From Dehalococcoidia bacterium (GTDB taxonomy: Bacteria; Chloroflexota; Dehalococcoidia; UBA2979), in assembly GCA_965219085.1 (NCBI GenBank), contig OZ244720.1:2112001-2176000 (forward strand): a stretch of 64,000 nucleotides of DNA, written 5' to 3'. Position numbers and translations under genes: made by a program. The notes below the pieces were generated by a model. That model was not told the origin of the DNA and did not search any database. It saw nothing but the letters and a program-made list of their open reading frames with translations. Positions within the stretch are counted from its first letter, which is position 1; each line of letters begins with the position of its first letter. This document shows positions 49,313 to 59,478 of this stretch, in pieces.

Positions 49313-50959
49313 ATGGCGGAGTTCAAGCCCAATACTCTCTACTACGGCGACAACCTTGAGGTGCTGCCCGATTTTCCGTCGGAATGCGTCGACCTCGTCT
49401 ACCTCGACCCGCCGTTCAACTCGAACCGCTCATACAATGTGCTCTTCCGCGAATCGGCCGGAACCGAGGCTGAGGCGCAGATCGAAGCGTTCGAGGACAC
49501 TTGGCAGTGGACGACAGTGACCGCTGAGGTCTTCGATGAGGTCGCGTCACGCGGCGATGACGTGGGCCGACTACTCCAGGCCTTCGTGAGCGCCCTCGGC
49601 CACAATGACATGACGGCCTACCTGACGATGATGGCCCCACGCCTCATCGAGCTACGGCGCGTGATGAAGCCGACCGCCTCGATCTACCTCCATTGCGACC
49701 CGACGGCGAGCCACTACCTGAAGACCCTGATGGATTCGGTCTTCGGTGCAAGAAACTACCGTAACGAGATCGTGTGGAGGCGTTCTCTGCCGCATGGGAA
49801 TGTTTCGCGATCCTTCGGCCGGATTCACGACACACTCTTCTTCTACGTGTCGTCGGATCGCGACGCCGTGTGGAACCAACCCGCCGTGCCGTATACGGAA
49901 CCGGACGAGCGTACGCGTCAGCAGTACCGCAACTGGGATCCGAAGCGTGAGGATTGGTGGCAGCCCACCTCGCTGCTCAATCCGAACCCAGACCGGCCGA
50001 ACCTTACATATGAATTCCACGGCCACACTCGTGTGTGGCGGTGGACGCGGGAGCGCATGGAGGAGGAGGACGCTGCGGGTAACATCTACATCCCTCCCGG
50101 TGGCGGCGTCCCGCGTTACAAGCGATACCTCAGCGAGCAGCGCGGTCGTCTGGTGCAGGACATTTGGGATGACATCCCGCTGATGCCTCGAGAGGAACAG
50201 CTCCCCTACCCCACGCAGAAGCCTGAGGCGCTCCTCAAGCGCATCATCGAGGCCTCCTCGAATCCAGGCGACCTCGTCCTCGATCCCTTCTGCGGATGTG
50301 GAACCGCTACCGTCGCCGCCCAACGGCTGGGACGGCGGTGGGTCGGCATCGATATCACTTACCTTGCCGTGGACCTGATGCAGCAGCGGCTCAGCGATAC
50401 CTTCCCCGACGACTTCGCCGATGGCGTGCCCGTCGATGGCGAACCCGCCGACGAAGCCGCCGCTCTCGCGCTCGCTGAGCGCGGCAAGTTCCAGTTCCAG
50501 TTCTGGGCCGTCGCCAGGCTCGGCGGGACCGCGCGCAGCGGCACCCCGCGCATGGGCCCTGATCAGGGCATCGACGGCGTGACTACGTTCCCGGAGCATG
50601 ACCCGAACGACCCCGACAGCCCCACGCTACAGCACAAGCAAGTCATCATCTCCGTGAAGGGCGGCGGCACGGGCGTGCGAGACGTACGCGACCTTCGCGG
50701 CGTCGTCGAGCGCGAAGACGCCGCGATTGGCGTACTCGTTACCGCCCGACAGCCTACGCGCGCGATGATCAACGAGGCCAACGCTGCCGGACTCTACCGA
50801 TCCGCATGGGACGACACCACGTGGCCGCGCATCCAGCTTCTGACCGCAGGAGACATCGTCCGCGGGGCGGGAATCGAGATGCCCTCGCGGCGAGGGATGC
50901 GCCAGTATCCGCGCGCCCCGCGCGCCACCGAGCAGGCTGATCAGGGCGAACTGATCTAA
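49313..50959 (+). CDS. N6A/N4C DNA methyltransferase fused to a C-terminal Mrr-like PD-(D/E)xK domain
   Basis: DPPF, YPTQKP, LDPFCGCGT (beta class); C-terminal DQGIDG...ISVKGG. Confidence 0.9.
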   Translation: MAEFKPNTLYYGDNLEVLPDFPSECVDLVYLDPPFNSNRSYNVLFRESAGTEAEAQIEAFEDTWQWTTVTAEVFDEVASRGDDVGRLLQAFVSALGHNDMTAYLTMMAPRLIELRRVMKPTASIYLHCDPTASHYLKTLMDSVFGARNYRNEIVWRRSLPHGNVSRSFGRIHDTLFFYVSSDRDAVWNQPAVPYTEPDERTRQQYRNWDPKREDWWQPTSLLNPNPDRPNLTYEFHGHTRVWRWTRERMEEEDAAGNIYIPPGGGVPRYKRYLSEQRGRLVQDIWDDIPLMPREEQLPYPTQKPEALLKRIIEASSNPGDLVLDPFCGCGTATVAAQRLGRRWVGIDITYLAVDLMQQRLSDTFPDDFADGVPVDGEPADEAAALALAERGKFQFQFWAVARLGGTARSGTPRMGPDQGIDGVTTFPEHDPNDPDSPTLQHKQVIISVKGGGTGVRDVRDLRGVVEREDAAIGVLVTARQPTRAMINEANAAGLYRSAWDDTTWPRIQLLTAGDIVRGAGIEMPSRRGMRQYPRAPRATEQADQGELI

Positions 50960-51037
50960 CTCGCCTATCACGTCGCGAGATCACCGGGGCCGGGGACGTG
51001 CCCCGGCCTCGTGTGTCTCGCGACAGGTGACCCGACG

Positions 51038-52251
51038 CTAGGAGCGAGGCAGCCCCAGCCCGCGGGTGGCGATGATGTTGCGCTGCACCTCGGAGCTGCC
51101 GGCTGCGATCGTGCCGGGGATGTCGAGGACGTAGCGACGCGTGAAGAACGCCCGCGCCGGTGAGCGCTCGTCGTCCTCGTCCCACAGGTTCGCGTACAGC
51201 CCGAAACAGTGGACCGCGGTGCGCGCCACGTCCTCCGTCACCTCCGACAGGAACAGCTTCGTCATCGACGCTTCGTAGTTCGGGATCAGCCCGCGGTCCT
51301 GCATCGAGATGATGCGGAACGAGAGGTTGAACCCCACGTCGGACTCGATGTAGCGGTCGGCGATCTCGGTACGGGTGACGTCCGAGACGCGCGTCGTCGC
51401 CTCGCCCTCTCGCTGTGCAGGAAGTCGGTGAGGATGTCGAGCCGCCGCTTCGCGCTGATCGCGCCGGCGATGTTCGAGCGCTCGAAGTCGAGCAGCGTCG
51501 TGCCGACGTACCAGCCGCGGTTGACCTCGCCGAGCACGTTGTCGGCGGGGATGCGGACATCTTCGAAGAAGGTCTCGTTGAAGCCGTGCTCCCAGCCCAT
51601 GTTGATCAGCGGGCGCACGCTCAGGCCGGGCGTGTGGATGTCCTCGATCAGCACGAACGAGATGCCGCGGTGCTTCGGCGCGTCCGGGTCGGTGCGCACC
51701 AGCGCGAACAGCGAGTCGGCGACGTGCGCGCTCGAGGTCCAGATCTTCTGGCCGTTGATCACCCACTCGTCGCCGTCGCGCGTGGCGCGCGTCTGCAGCG
51801 AGGCGAGGTCGGAGCCGGCGCCCGGCTCGGAGTAGCCCTGCGCCCACAGCTTCTCGCCGTTGAGGATGCCGGGCAGGTACTGCGCCTTCTGCTCCTCGGT
51901 GCCGTGCACGATCAGCGTCGGGGCGAGCAGCGCGAGCCCGTTCGCGCCGACCTGCGGCGCGCCGGCCGCGGCCCGCTCCTGCGTGAAGATGAACTGCTCC
52001 ATGGGGGACATGCCCGCGCCGCCGTATTCCGTCGGGAGGTGCGGCGCGAACCAGCCGTGCGCGAAGAGCGCGTCGGTCCGCGCGTTGGCCGCGCCCTCGC
52101 GCTCCGGGTCACCGGAGCGGCGGTCCTGGCCCCAGTCGGAGTCGAGCCCGCGTGCGGCGCGCTCGCGGTAGTACGCGGGAATGCCATCAGCCTACGCCGA
52201 GCGCACCTCGGCGCGGAATGCCGCCTGTTCGGCGGTGTCTGACCAATCCAT
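51038..52251 (-). pseudogene. Acyl-CoA dehydrogenase, disrupted
   Basis: SEPGAGSDLASL, NGQKIWTS, GSSEVQRNII; in-frame TAG at 52192-52194 and frame change near 51410. Confidence 0.85.
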
Positions 52252-52350
52252 GCGTTCCTGCCTTCCGGTCGGCGCCTCGCGCGCCGCGTCTCGCGCCCAT
52301 CATAACGACGCCCGCCGGAGACGCCACGACCTGCCGGGTTGCGCCGAGGG

Positions 52351-53358
52351 CTACCCGGCGGCGAGTGCGGCTTCGCCCTCGAACACGAACCCCGAGGCGT
52401 GCCACCGGCAGTAGCGGCCGTGCTCGGTGACGTGCTGGTAGGCGGCCAGCGCGGCGATCGCGCCCTGCGCCGCCGCCGTTACCGTCTGCTTGAGCGCGCC
52501 CGAGCCGTCGGTCAAGTCGCCCGCCGCGAACAGTCCCGGCACGTTCGTCCGCATCTCGCGGTCGACGTGCACCTCGTCGGTCTCGGCGTTGAGCTCGACG
52601 CCGAGCGCGCGGGCGAGGTCGACGCGTGGGTCGGCGCCCGCCTCGATGAACAGCACGTCGAGGTCGAGCGTGTCGCTGCCGTCGTGCGAGCGGGTGAGCC
52701 GCACGCCCGTGAGGCCTGCGTCGTCGCTGCCGAGCAGCTCGGCCACCTCGGTCTCCATCAGCACGTCGACGTTGTCCGCCTGGCCGAGCAGCTCGACGAG
52801 GACGGGCTCGGGCCGCCACAGCCGGTCGCCACGGTAGATGAGGTAGGTGCGGGCGGCGTGGCGAGCGTTGAGCAGGGCGCCCTCGACGGCGGCGTTGCCG
52901 CCGCCCACGACCGCCGCAACCTTGTCGCGGTAGAGCGGCGCGTCGCACGTCGAGCAGTACGAGACGCCGTGGCCTGTCCACTCCGCCTCGTTCGGGAGGC
53001 CGAGCGTCCGCCGCTCGCGGCCGATGGCGAGGATGACGGCGCTCGACTCGATCTCCGTGTCGTCGGAGAGCGTGGCGCGGAAGTGGTCGCCGTCGCTGGC
53101 GAGGGCGGTGACGTCGGCGTTGCGGATCGGGACGTCGTAGCGCGTGACCTGCTCCTGGAAGCGGAGCATGAGGTCGAAGCCGTCGATCTCCGCGTGGCCG
53201 GGGTAGTTCTCGATGGCGCCGCCGATGGCCGTCTCGCCGCCGAAGCGCTCCCCGGCGACGAGCGTCTTCACGCGGTAACGCGCGGTGTACAGCGCTGCCG
53301 CGTAGGCGGCGGCGCCCTGGCCCGCGATCAGTACATCGAAGTGTTCGGAGTCGGACAT
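52351..53358 (-). CDS. trxB: Thioredoxin reductase
   Basis: IENYPG, GVSYCSTCD, VVGGGNAA.E, GLFAAGD. Confidence 0.92.
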   Translation of the reverse strand: MSDSEHFDVLIAGQGAAAYAAALYTARYRVKTLVAGERFGGETAIGGAIENYPGHAEIDGFDLMLRFQEQVTRYDVPIRNADVTALASDGDHFRATLSDDTEIESSAVILAIGRERRTLGLPNEAEWTGHGVSYCSTCDAPLYRDKVAAVVGGGNAAVEGALLNARHAARTYLIYRGDRLWRPEPVLVELLGQADNVDVLMETEVAELLGSDDAGLTGVRLTRSHDGSDTLDLDVLFIEAGADPRVDLARALGVELNAETDEVHVDREMRTNVPGLFAAGDLTDGSGALKQTVTAAAQGAIAALAAYQHVTEHGRYCRWHASGFVFEGEAALAAG

Positions 53359-53434
53359 GGCGCGCCTCCTTCGTGCGGTGCATTCCCCGGATCGAGGATA
53401 TGCCTGCCGGGGAGCCACTCCAAATGCGGCGCTG

Positions 53435-53977
53435 TTACGTCGGCGTGCCGTCCTCCGGCAGCGCACGGATCTCGCGCAGGCCGCGGTACAGCTCGGCGTA
53501 GTCGAGGCCGTAGCCGACGACGAACCCCGGCCCGAGTTGCAGGCCGGCGTAGTCCGGCTCGTCGTCAGCTGCGGGCCCGCCCTCGCGCACGAGCAGCGCG
53601 CAGCGATGCAGCGAGGCCGGCCGGCCGGCGGCGATGCGCGCGCAGATGGTGCGCATCGTGCGGCCCGTGTCGGCGATGTCCTCGACCACGATCACGTCGC
53701 GCCCCGTCACGTCGGTCTCGAGGTCCTTGGTGATCTCGACTGCGCCCGTGGAGCTCGTCCCGGCGCCGTAGGATCGCGCGCGCACGAAGTCGACCTCGGC
53801 GGGGACGGTGAGCTCCCGCAGGAGGTCGGCGAGGAACACGAACGAGCCCTTGAGCACGCCCACGAGCAACAGCGGCTGCGCGCTGCGCCGCCTCACCGCG
53901 TCCGCCTCGATGGCGCGGGCGAGGCGTGCGACGGCCTCGCGAATCTCGTCTTCGGTGAAGCGCGGCTCGAGGTCCAC
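53435..53977 (-). CDS. hpt: Hypoxanthine phosphoribosyltransferase
   Basis: VLKGSFVF.ADL, VEDIADTG.T, FVVGYGLDY. Confidence 0.95.
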   Translation of the reverse strand: MDLEPRFTEDEIREAVARLARAIEADAVRRRSAQPLLLVGVLKGSFVFLADLLRELTVPAEVDFVRARSYGAGTSSTGAVEITKDLETDVTGRDVIVVEDIADTGRTMRTICARIAAGRPASLHRCALLVREGGPAADDEPDYAGLQLGPGFVVGYGLDYAELYRGLREIRALPEDGTPT

Positions 53978-54088
53978 GCCCGTCCTCCTCGTGCGCCGGC
54001 GGGCATCGTACCGTGACGGGCGGCTCTGGTACGTTCGCCCCAGCCAGGGACGCCTCGCGACGACCGCGGAACGGGAAGGGCGGTTCGC

Positions 54089-55090
54089 ATGGACGAGTGG
54101 ATCCGGGCGCTGCCCAAGGCCGAGTTGCACATCCACATCGAGGGCTCGCTCGAGCCCGAGATGATGTTCGAACTCGCGGCCCGCAACGGGGTGGAACTCC
54201 GCTACGGCAGCGTCGAGGAGGTGCACGCCGCGTACGCCTTCACCGACCTCCAGTCGTTCCTCGACATCTACTACGAGGGCATGGCCGTGCTGCAGACGGA
54301 GCGCGACTTCCACGACCTCGCGCGCGCGTACTTCGAGCGCGCGCACGCCGACGGAGTCCGGCACGCCGAGCTGTTCTTCGACCCGCAGGCCCACACCGCG
54401 CGTGGCGTGCCGTTCGAGACCGTGGTCAACGGCCTGCACGCGGCGATCGAGGAGGCGCGCCGGGCCCTCGGGATTAGCGCGTCGCTGATCCTGTGCTTCT
54501 TGCGCCACCTCCCCGCGGCCGAGGCGATGACGACACTGGAGGAGGCGCTGCCGTTCCGCGACCGCATCGTGGGGGTCGGCCTCGACTCCTCCGAGGCGGG
54601 GTTTCCGCCCCAGGACTTCGCCGCGGTGTACGAGCGCGCACGCGCCGCAGGCCTGCGTGCGGTCGCGCACGCGGGCGAGGAGGGGCCGCCGGACTACGTC
54701 TGGCAGGCTCTGGACCTGCTCGGCGTCGAGCGCATCGACCACGGTGTGCGCAGCGAGGAGGACCCGGCGCTCCTCGAACGGCTCGTCCGCGACGGCGTGC
54801 CGCTCACGATGTGCCCGCTCTCCAATGTGAAGCTGCGCGTCGTCGACCGCATCGAGGACCACAACCTCGGGCGGCTGCTCGACCGCGGCGTCCGCGTCAC
54901 GATCAACTCGGACGACCCGGCCTACTTCGGCGGTTACATCGGCGACAACTACATCGCCGCCGCGGAAGCGCTCGCACTCAGCCGCGAGGAGGTCGTGGCG
55001 ATCGCCCACAACTCGATCGAGGCGACGTTCCTCGACGACGCGGCGAAGGCGGAGCTGCTGGCCGAGCTGGAGCGGGTCGCCTCGTCGTAG
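54089..55090 (+). CDS. add: Adenosine/adenine deaminase
   Basis: PKAELHIHIEGSLEPE, HAGEE, RIDHG, CPLSN, NSDDPAYF. Confidence 0.93.
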   Translation: MDEWIRALPKAELHIHIEGSLEPEMMFELAARNGVELRYGSVEEVHAAYAFTDLQSFLDIYYEGMAVLQTERDFHDLARAYFERAHADGVRHAELFFDPQAHTARGVPFETVVNGLHAAIEEARRALGISASLILCFLRHLPAAEAMTTLEEALPFRDRIVGVGLDSSEAGFPPQDFAAVYERARAAGLRAVAHAGEEGPPDYVWQALDLLGVERIDHGVRSEEDPALLERLVRDGVPLTMCPLSNVKLRVVDRIEDHNLGRLLDRGVRVTINSDDPAYFGGYIGDNYIAAAEALALSREEVVAIAHNSIEATFLDDAAKAELLAELERVASS

Positions 55091-55093
55091 CCT

Positions 55094-55681
55094 CTACACG
55101 CTGAGCACACCGTCGACGATCAGCCCGATCGCCACGACGACGAGCAGCGCGCCGGTGAGGCGCGCGAGCGCCTCGTCGAGTGGCTGGCGGTGTCGCCACC
55201 GCAGCAGCGGGCCTACCACCATCGCGAGCACCGCCACGCCCGACACCGCCACGGCGACGGCGATCGTCGGCGCCGCGCCGGCGCGCTCGCCGTAGGCGAT
55301 CGCGGCGGCCAGCGCCGCGGGGCTCGCCAGCAGGGGCACCGCGAGCGGCACGACGGCCCCCCGTGGGCTCGCGTCGAGGAGCGACGCCGTCGCCTCCTCG
55401 ATCGCGCGGCCGCGCAGGAGCGGGCGGGCAGCGCCGGCGAGCATGACGATGCCCGCGGCGATGTCGAAGCTCGACGCAGAGACGTCGAGCAGGTCGAGGA
55501 ACGGGCCGTGCAGGAGCGCGGCGAGCGCCAGCAGCACCGCGGCTGCCCCCCAGCCGGCAAGCACCAGCCTGACGCGGCGACCGCGCTCGATCGCTCTGAA
55601 CGTCTCGGGCAATGAGGCGACGGACGCGGGCGGGTTGATCGCGGCCCAGAACACGGCGAGCAGCAGTGGTACTTCGCTCAT
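55094..55681 (-). CDS. MarC-family membrane protein
   Basis: INP, F.IAAG, VPLA.PL.A.PA, R.TG.LL motifs; about six TM helices. Confidence 0.85.
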   Translation of the reverse strand: MSEVPLLLAVFWAAINPPASVASLPETFRAIERGRRVRLVLAGWGAAAVLLALAALLHGPFLDLLDVSASSFDIAAGIVMLAGAARPLLRGRAIEEATASLLDASPRGAVVPLAVPLLASPAALAAAIAYGERAGAAPTIAVAVAVSGVAVLAMVVGPLLRWRHRQPLDEALARLTGALLVVVAIGLIVDGVLSV

Positions 55682-55688
55682 GGCGTGC

Positions 55689-56951
55689 TCACGGTAGCGC
55701 GCGCGGGATGGTCAGGGGCTCGGCGGGGGAGCGCAGCGTGCGGCCCTCGAGCGCGTCGGCGGCGAAGAGCAGGCCGGACAGCGCGTGCTGCTGGTCGTCC
55801 ATGCGCGTCTCGCCGCGCGTCACCCACGAGCCCTCGACGAATCCGGGCCGTGGGTAGGCGACGGCCTCGACGGCGTCCGTCTGACGCTTCGCGAGGAGGC
55901 TCGCGCCGGTCGCGAGGCGCTCCTCGATCGCGGGCTTGAGATCGGCCATGCGCGGGTCGGCCGCGGCGATGCGCCACAGCGCGCCCATCGCCTCCACCCA
56001 CGTCCCGAACGCGGCGGCGCGCACGTGCACGCGGATCAGCGAGCCGGGGCCGCCGAACAGCCCGTGCTCGCGCTGCGACTCTGCGCGGATCAGGAACCCG
56101 AACCGGCCCGCGAGGCGGCGCGCGTAGTCGATCTCCTCGTCGCTCAGCCCCCACTCCACCATCTCGGCCATCGAGTACGACGCCCAGTGGTCGGGGAGGG
56201 GGCGGAAGCGCACCTGCTCGACCTCGTCGCGGCGCGTGGCGAGGAAGATCGAGCCCGCGCGGGCGTGCGCGTCCCAGCCCTCGCCGGGCAGCGCCTCGTG
56301 CAGCAGCGCGAGGCCCCACGTCGCCTCGCCCGGGAAGTAGCGCGACGTCCCCACGTAGTCCGGCTCGCCGGCCCCGACGATCCACGCCACGTGGAAGCCG
56401 CCGTCCGGGCGCTGCATCGCGGCGAGGAAGCGGCCCAACTCGCGCATCACCTCGTCGTGGCGAGTGTCGCCTGTCGCCAGGCGCCGCTCGGCCAGCGCGA
56501 CGAGCATGAGCGCGCTCGCGCCGAGCTTTGCGCGGTGGCCCTCGGGCGTGGTCAGCGCCGCCCAGCCGTCGCGCCGGTGCAGGCGGCCGAGCATCCACTC
56601 GACCGCGACGTCGCCCCTGCGGAACGCCTCGGCGTCCCCGTCGCGCCCGGCGGACTGGAAGAGCGCCATCGTCACACCGGCGTGCCGCACCTCGTTGTAG
56701 TCGTCGGGGACGGTGTCGAGGTCGGCGTCGTAGACGTACGTGTAGCGGCCGTCCGGCTGCAGGTTGCGCTCGATCCACTCGCGCGCGGCCGTCGAGGAGG
56801 CCCGCAGCTCGTCGGGCGGCCGCAGGTCGCGCGACTCGGCCGGCACGACCGCGAGCCGCAGCACGAGGAGCAGCACGGCCCAGCCCGCGAGCCGGATCGC
56901 CACGCGCCGCCAGGCGTGCCCTCGGGTCGTCGCAGCTACTCGATCGGCCAC
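55689..56951 (-). CDS. Membrane-anchored hypothetical protein, probable alpha/alpha-toroid
   Basis: N-terminal TM; Q.DG.(Y/F) repeats, YNEVRHAG, YFPGE, RMDDQQH. Confidence 0.65.
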   Translation of the reverse strand: MADRVAATTRGHAWRRVAIRLAGWAVLLLVLRLAVVPAESRDLRPPDELRASSTAAREWIERNLQPDGRYTYVYDADLDTVPDDYNEVRHAGVTMALFQSAGRDGDAEAFRRGDVAVEWMLGRLHRRDGWAALTTPEGHRAKLGASALMLVALAERRLATGDTRHDEVMRELGRFLAAMQRPDGGFHVAWIVGAGEPDYVGTSRYFPGEATWGLALLHEALPGEGWDAHARAGSIFLATRRDEVEQVRFRPLPDHWASYSMAEMVEWGLSDEEIDYARRLAGRFGFLIRAESQREHGLFGGPGSLIRVHVRAAAFGTWVEAMGALWRIAAADPRMADLKPAIEERLATGASLLAKRQTDAVEAVAYPRPGFVEGSWVTRGETRMDDQQHALSGLLFAADALEGRTLRSPAEPLTIPRALP

Positions 56952-58024
56952 CGCAGCACCCCCACGCCGTCCTCGATGGCGATGTCAGAATGCACCGTGC
57001 GCAGCACCTCGTCAGCCTGCGCGAGTGTGCAGGGCCGGGGCTGGAAGCCGACCTCGGCGTTATTGGTGCGGATGCAGTGCAGCCGCAGCTCCTCGAGGCC
57101 GTCGGGGCCGAACGCCGCCGTCGCCATCAGGCCGACGCCCGGGGCGTCGGTCGTGAACCGGCCGGGCGTGCCGAACACGAAGTTGCCGAGCGAGTAGACG
57201 GTGGGCATCCCGCCGACGACCTCGACGGGCTGGGCGACGTGCGGCCCGTGCCCGATGGCGAGGTCGTACCCCGCCTCGGCGAGCAGCGCCGCCTGCCTGC
57301 GCTGGGCGTGCACCACGTCGGCGTAGTTCACGCCCCAGTGCACGAACGCGACGACCCACCTCGCGCCGGCCTCGCGGGCGCGTCGTGCGCCCTCGGCGGC
57401 GTTGCAGCGCGTCAGCACGGCGATGCCGGGGCGGCTCGCGCCCGCGTTCCTGCGCACGCCGCCGCCCTGCCCGAACGCCACCACCCCGACGCGCCCGTGC
57501 GGCGTCTCGATGGTGAGCGGGCGCAGCGCAGCGTCGAGGTCCGAGCCCGCGCCGAACGTCGCCACGCCAGCGGCGTCGAGGTGCGCGACGGTGTCGGCGA
57601 GGCCGACCGGGCCGCGGTCGAGCGCGTGGTTGTTCGCGAGGCCAGCCGCCGAGACGCCCTCGGTCGCCAGCGCCTGCGCGGCCTCGGGGCGGGCGGCGTA
57701 GCTCCAGCGTTGTGACGGGTCGTAGACGGTGGTCCCAGTGGTGAGGGGGCCCTCGGCGTTGGCGATCACGTAGTCGGCCTCGGGGAGCGGGCGCAGCCCG
57801 TCGAACGCCCACGCGTAGCCGTTCGTGACGAGGCGCGACTCGGCCGCGTCGGCGAGCAGCGTGTCGCCCAGCCAGAGGACGCGGAACGCGGGCGCGTCCG
57901 AGCGCGGGGCCGGTGACGCCACGGCTGCCTCGAGGCTCCCGCCGCAGACGTGATCTGCTTCGCCCGCGCAGCCCGCCGCGGCGAAGGCAAGCGCGAGCGC
58001 TGCGGCGAGCGCGAGGGGGCGCAC
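56936..58024 (-). CDS. CapA-family metallophosphoesterase-like lipoprotein
   Basis: Lipobox AAGC; GD, N.EG, ANNHALD.G, HWG, GHGPH, YSLGNF.F. Confidence 0.9.
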   Translation of the reverse strand: MRPLALAAALALAFAAAGCAGEADHVCGGSLEAAVASPAPRSDAPAFRVLWLGDTLLADAAESRLVTNGYAWAFDGLRPLPEADYVIANAEGPLTTGTTVYDPSQRWSYAARPEAAQALATEGVSAAGLANNHALDRGPVGLADTVAHLDAAGVATFGAGSDLDAALRPLTIETPHGRVGVVAFGQGGGVRRNAGASRPGIAVLTRCNAAEGARRAREAGARWVVAFVHWGVNYADVVHAQRRQAALLAEAGYDLAIGHGPHVAQPVEVVGGMPTVYSLGNFVFGTPGRFTTDAPGVGLMATAAFGPDGLEELRLHCIRTNNAEVGFQPRPCTLAQADEVLRTVHSDIAIEDGVGVLRWPIE

Positions 58025-58035
58025 GACGTTCGCCC

Positions 58036-59349
58036 TCAGGCGCTCGGGGGCGTCGCCGCGTGGGTGCGGATGCGCCGCACTTCGGGCTGCGTGACCGCGA
58101 CGATGAGCGCGACGCAGGCCAACACGCAGGCGCCGACCGCGATCGCCACTCGGACGTCGAATGCGTTGGCGATGGCCCCGCCGACGAGCCCGCCGAGGCT
58201 GATCAGGCTGAACGTGATCGCGTGGATGCCCATCACGCGGCCTCGCAACTCCTCGGGCACGCGCAGCTGCATCACGGTCATCGAGGTGATGAGGAATATC
58301 GAGTTGGTCACCCCGGCGCAGAACGTCAGCGCGACGGAGAGCGGGTACACCGGTGACCAGGCGAACAGGAACACGAACAGGCTCGAGCCGAGGCTGGCGG
58401 CGAGCATCATCGGCCCCAGCCCCGCGACGCGCTGCAGGCGGAACGAGAGCACCGTCCCGCTCACTGCCCCTATCCCGATCGCCGAGAGCATGAAGCCGTA
58501 GCCCGTCGGCCCAATCCCGAGCTCGTCCGCCATCAGCGGCATCAGGAAGATGTACGACATCGCGAAGAACGTCGTCGTGTACGTCAGCAGCATCAGCGCC
58601 GCGAAGAGCCGCTCCCGCGCAATGAACACGACACCCCCGACCAGGTCGCGCACCACGGCGCGGCGCGGCCCCGTCACGGCTCGCTCGACGCGGAGCGCGA
58701 GCAGCACGACGAGCATCACGACGAAGCCGATAGCGGCGGCAGCGAACACGAACGCCGTCCCGAACGCCGCGATCGCAATCCCGGCGATGGCAGGCGACAC
58801 GATCCGCGTCGCCTGCCACATCACGGAGTTGAGCGCGACGGCGCTGATCATGTGCTCCTCGTCGATGAGTTGCGGGAAGAACGCGTTGCGCACCGGCCAG
58901 TCGACCCCGTAGACGAGGCCGAGCGCGGCGGAGATCGCGACGACGTGCCAGATGGCGACCGAGCCGGTCGCGTCGAGGACGGCGAGCATGCCGATCAGCA
59001 CGGCCGTGACGATCGAGGTGCCGATCAGCAGCTTGCGCCGGTCCATGCGGTCGGCGAGTACGCCGCCGAAGAGGTTGACGGCGATCGTCGGTACGGCGGT
59101 TGCGGCGCCGACGTACCCGAGGTCGAGCGGCGAGCCGCCGAGTCCGTCGACGACGAGCCAGCCCGTCGCGAGGATGACGAACTGCGTGCCCCCCACGGCG
59201 CCGAGCGAGCCGAACCAGAACCGCCGGTAGAGCGGATTTCGCAACGCACCGACGTCGTCGAGCATCGCGCGCATGCGCGAGGCGGGACGGGCGTCGTCCG
59301 GCGCGGCGGGTGCGGCCGGGGTCGGTGGAGCGGCGGTCTCTCGGCTCAC
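58036..59349 (-). CDS. MFS transporter
   Basis: GGVLADRMDRRK motif A, RGRVMG, multiple TM helices. Confidence 0.92.
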   Translation of the reverse strand: MSRETAAPPTPAAPAAPDDARPASRMRAMLDDVGALRNPLYRRFWFGSLGAVGGTQFVILATGWLVVDGLGGSPLDLGYVGAATAVPTIAVNLFGGVLADRMDRRKLLIGTSIVTAVLIGMLAVLDATGSVAIWHVVAISAALGLVYGVDWPVRNAFFPQLIDEEHMISAVALNSVMWQATRIVSPAIAGIAIAAFGTAFVFAAAAIGFVVMLVVLLALRVERAVTGPRRAVVRDLVGGVVFIARERLFAALMLLTYTTTFFAMSYIFLMPLMADELGIGPTGYGFMLSAIGIGAVSGTVLSFRLQRVAGLGPMMLAASLGSSLFVFLFAWSPVYPLSVALTFCAGVTNSIFLITSMTVMQLRVPEELRGRVMGIHAITFSLISLGGLVGGAIANAFDVRVAIAVGACVLACVALIVAVTQPEVRRIRTHAATPPSA

Positions 59350-59478
59350 GGTGCGGGCGTCCTCCGTGCGGTAGTCGTGCAAGCGTACTGCCGAACCGGC
59401 GCGGACGCGCGCATGCCTGAGCACCGGCGCCGAGGCGCGCCCGTGTGCTTCAGTCGGGTGGCGACTACGCTCGATTGC

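Noticed and set aside
52192-52194. Pyrrolysine or amber read-through (also 60774-60776)
   Set aside because: Both TAGs lie in genes with other lesions and no pyl genes are visible
56936-58024. Poly-gamma-glutamate capsule locus
   Set aside because: Only a CapA-family gene; no capB or capC nearby
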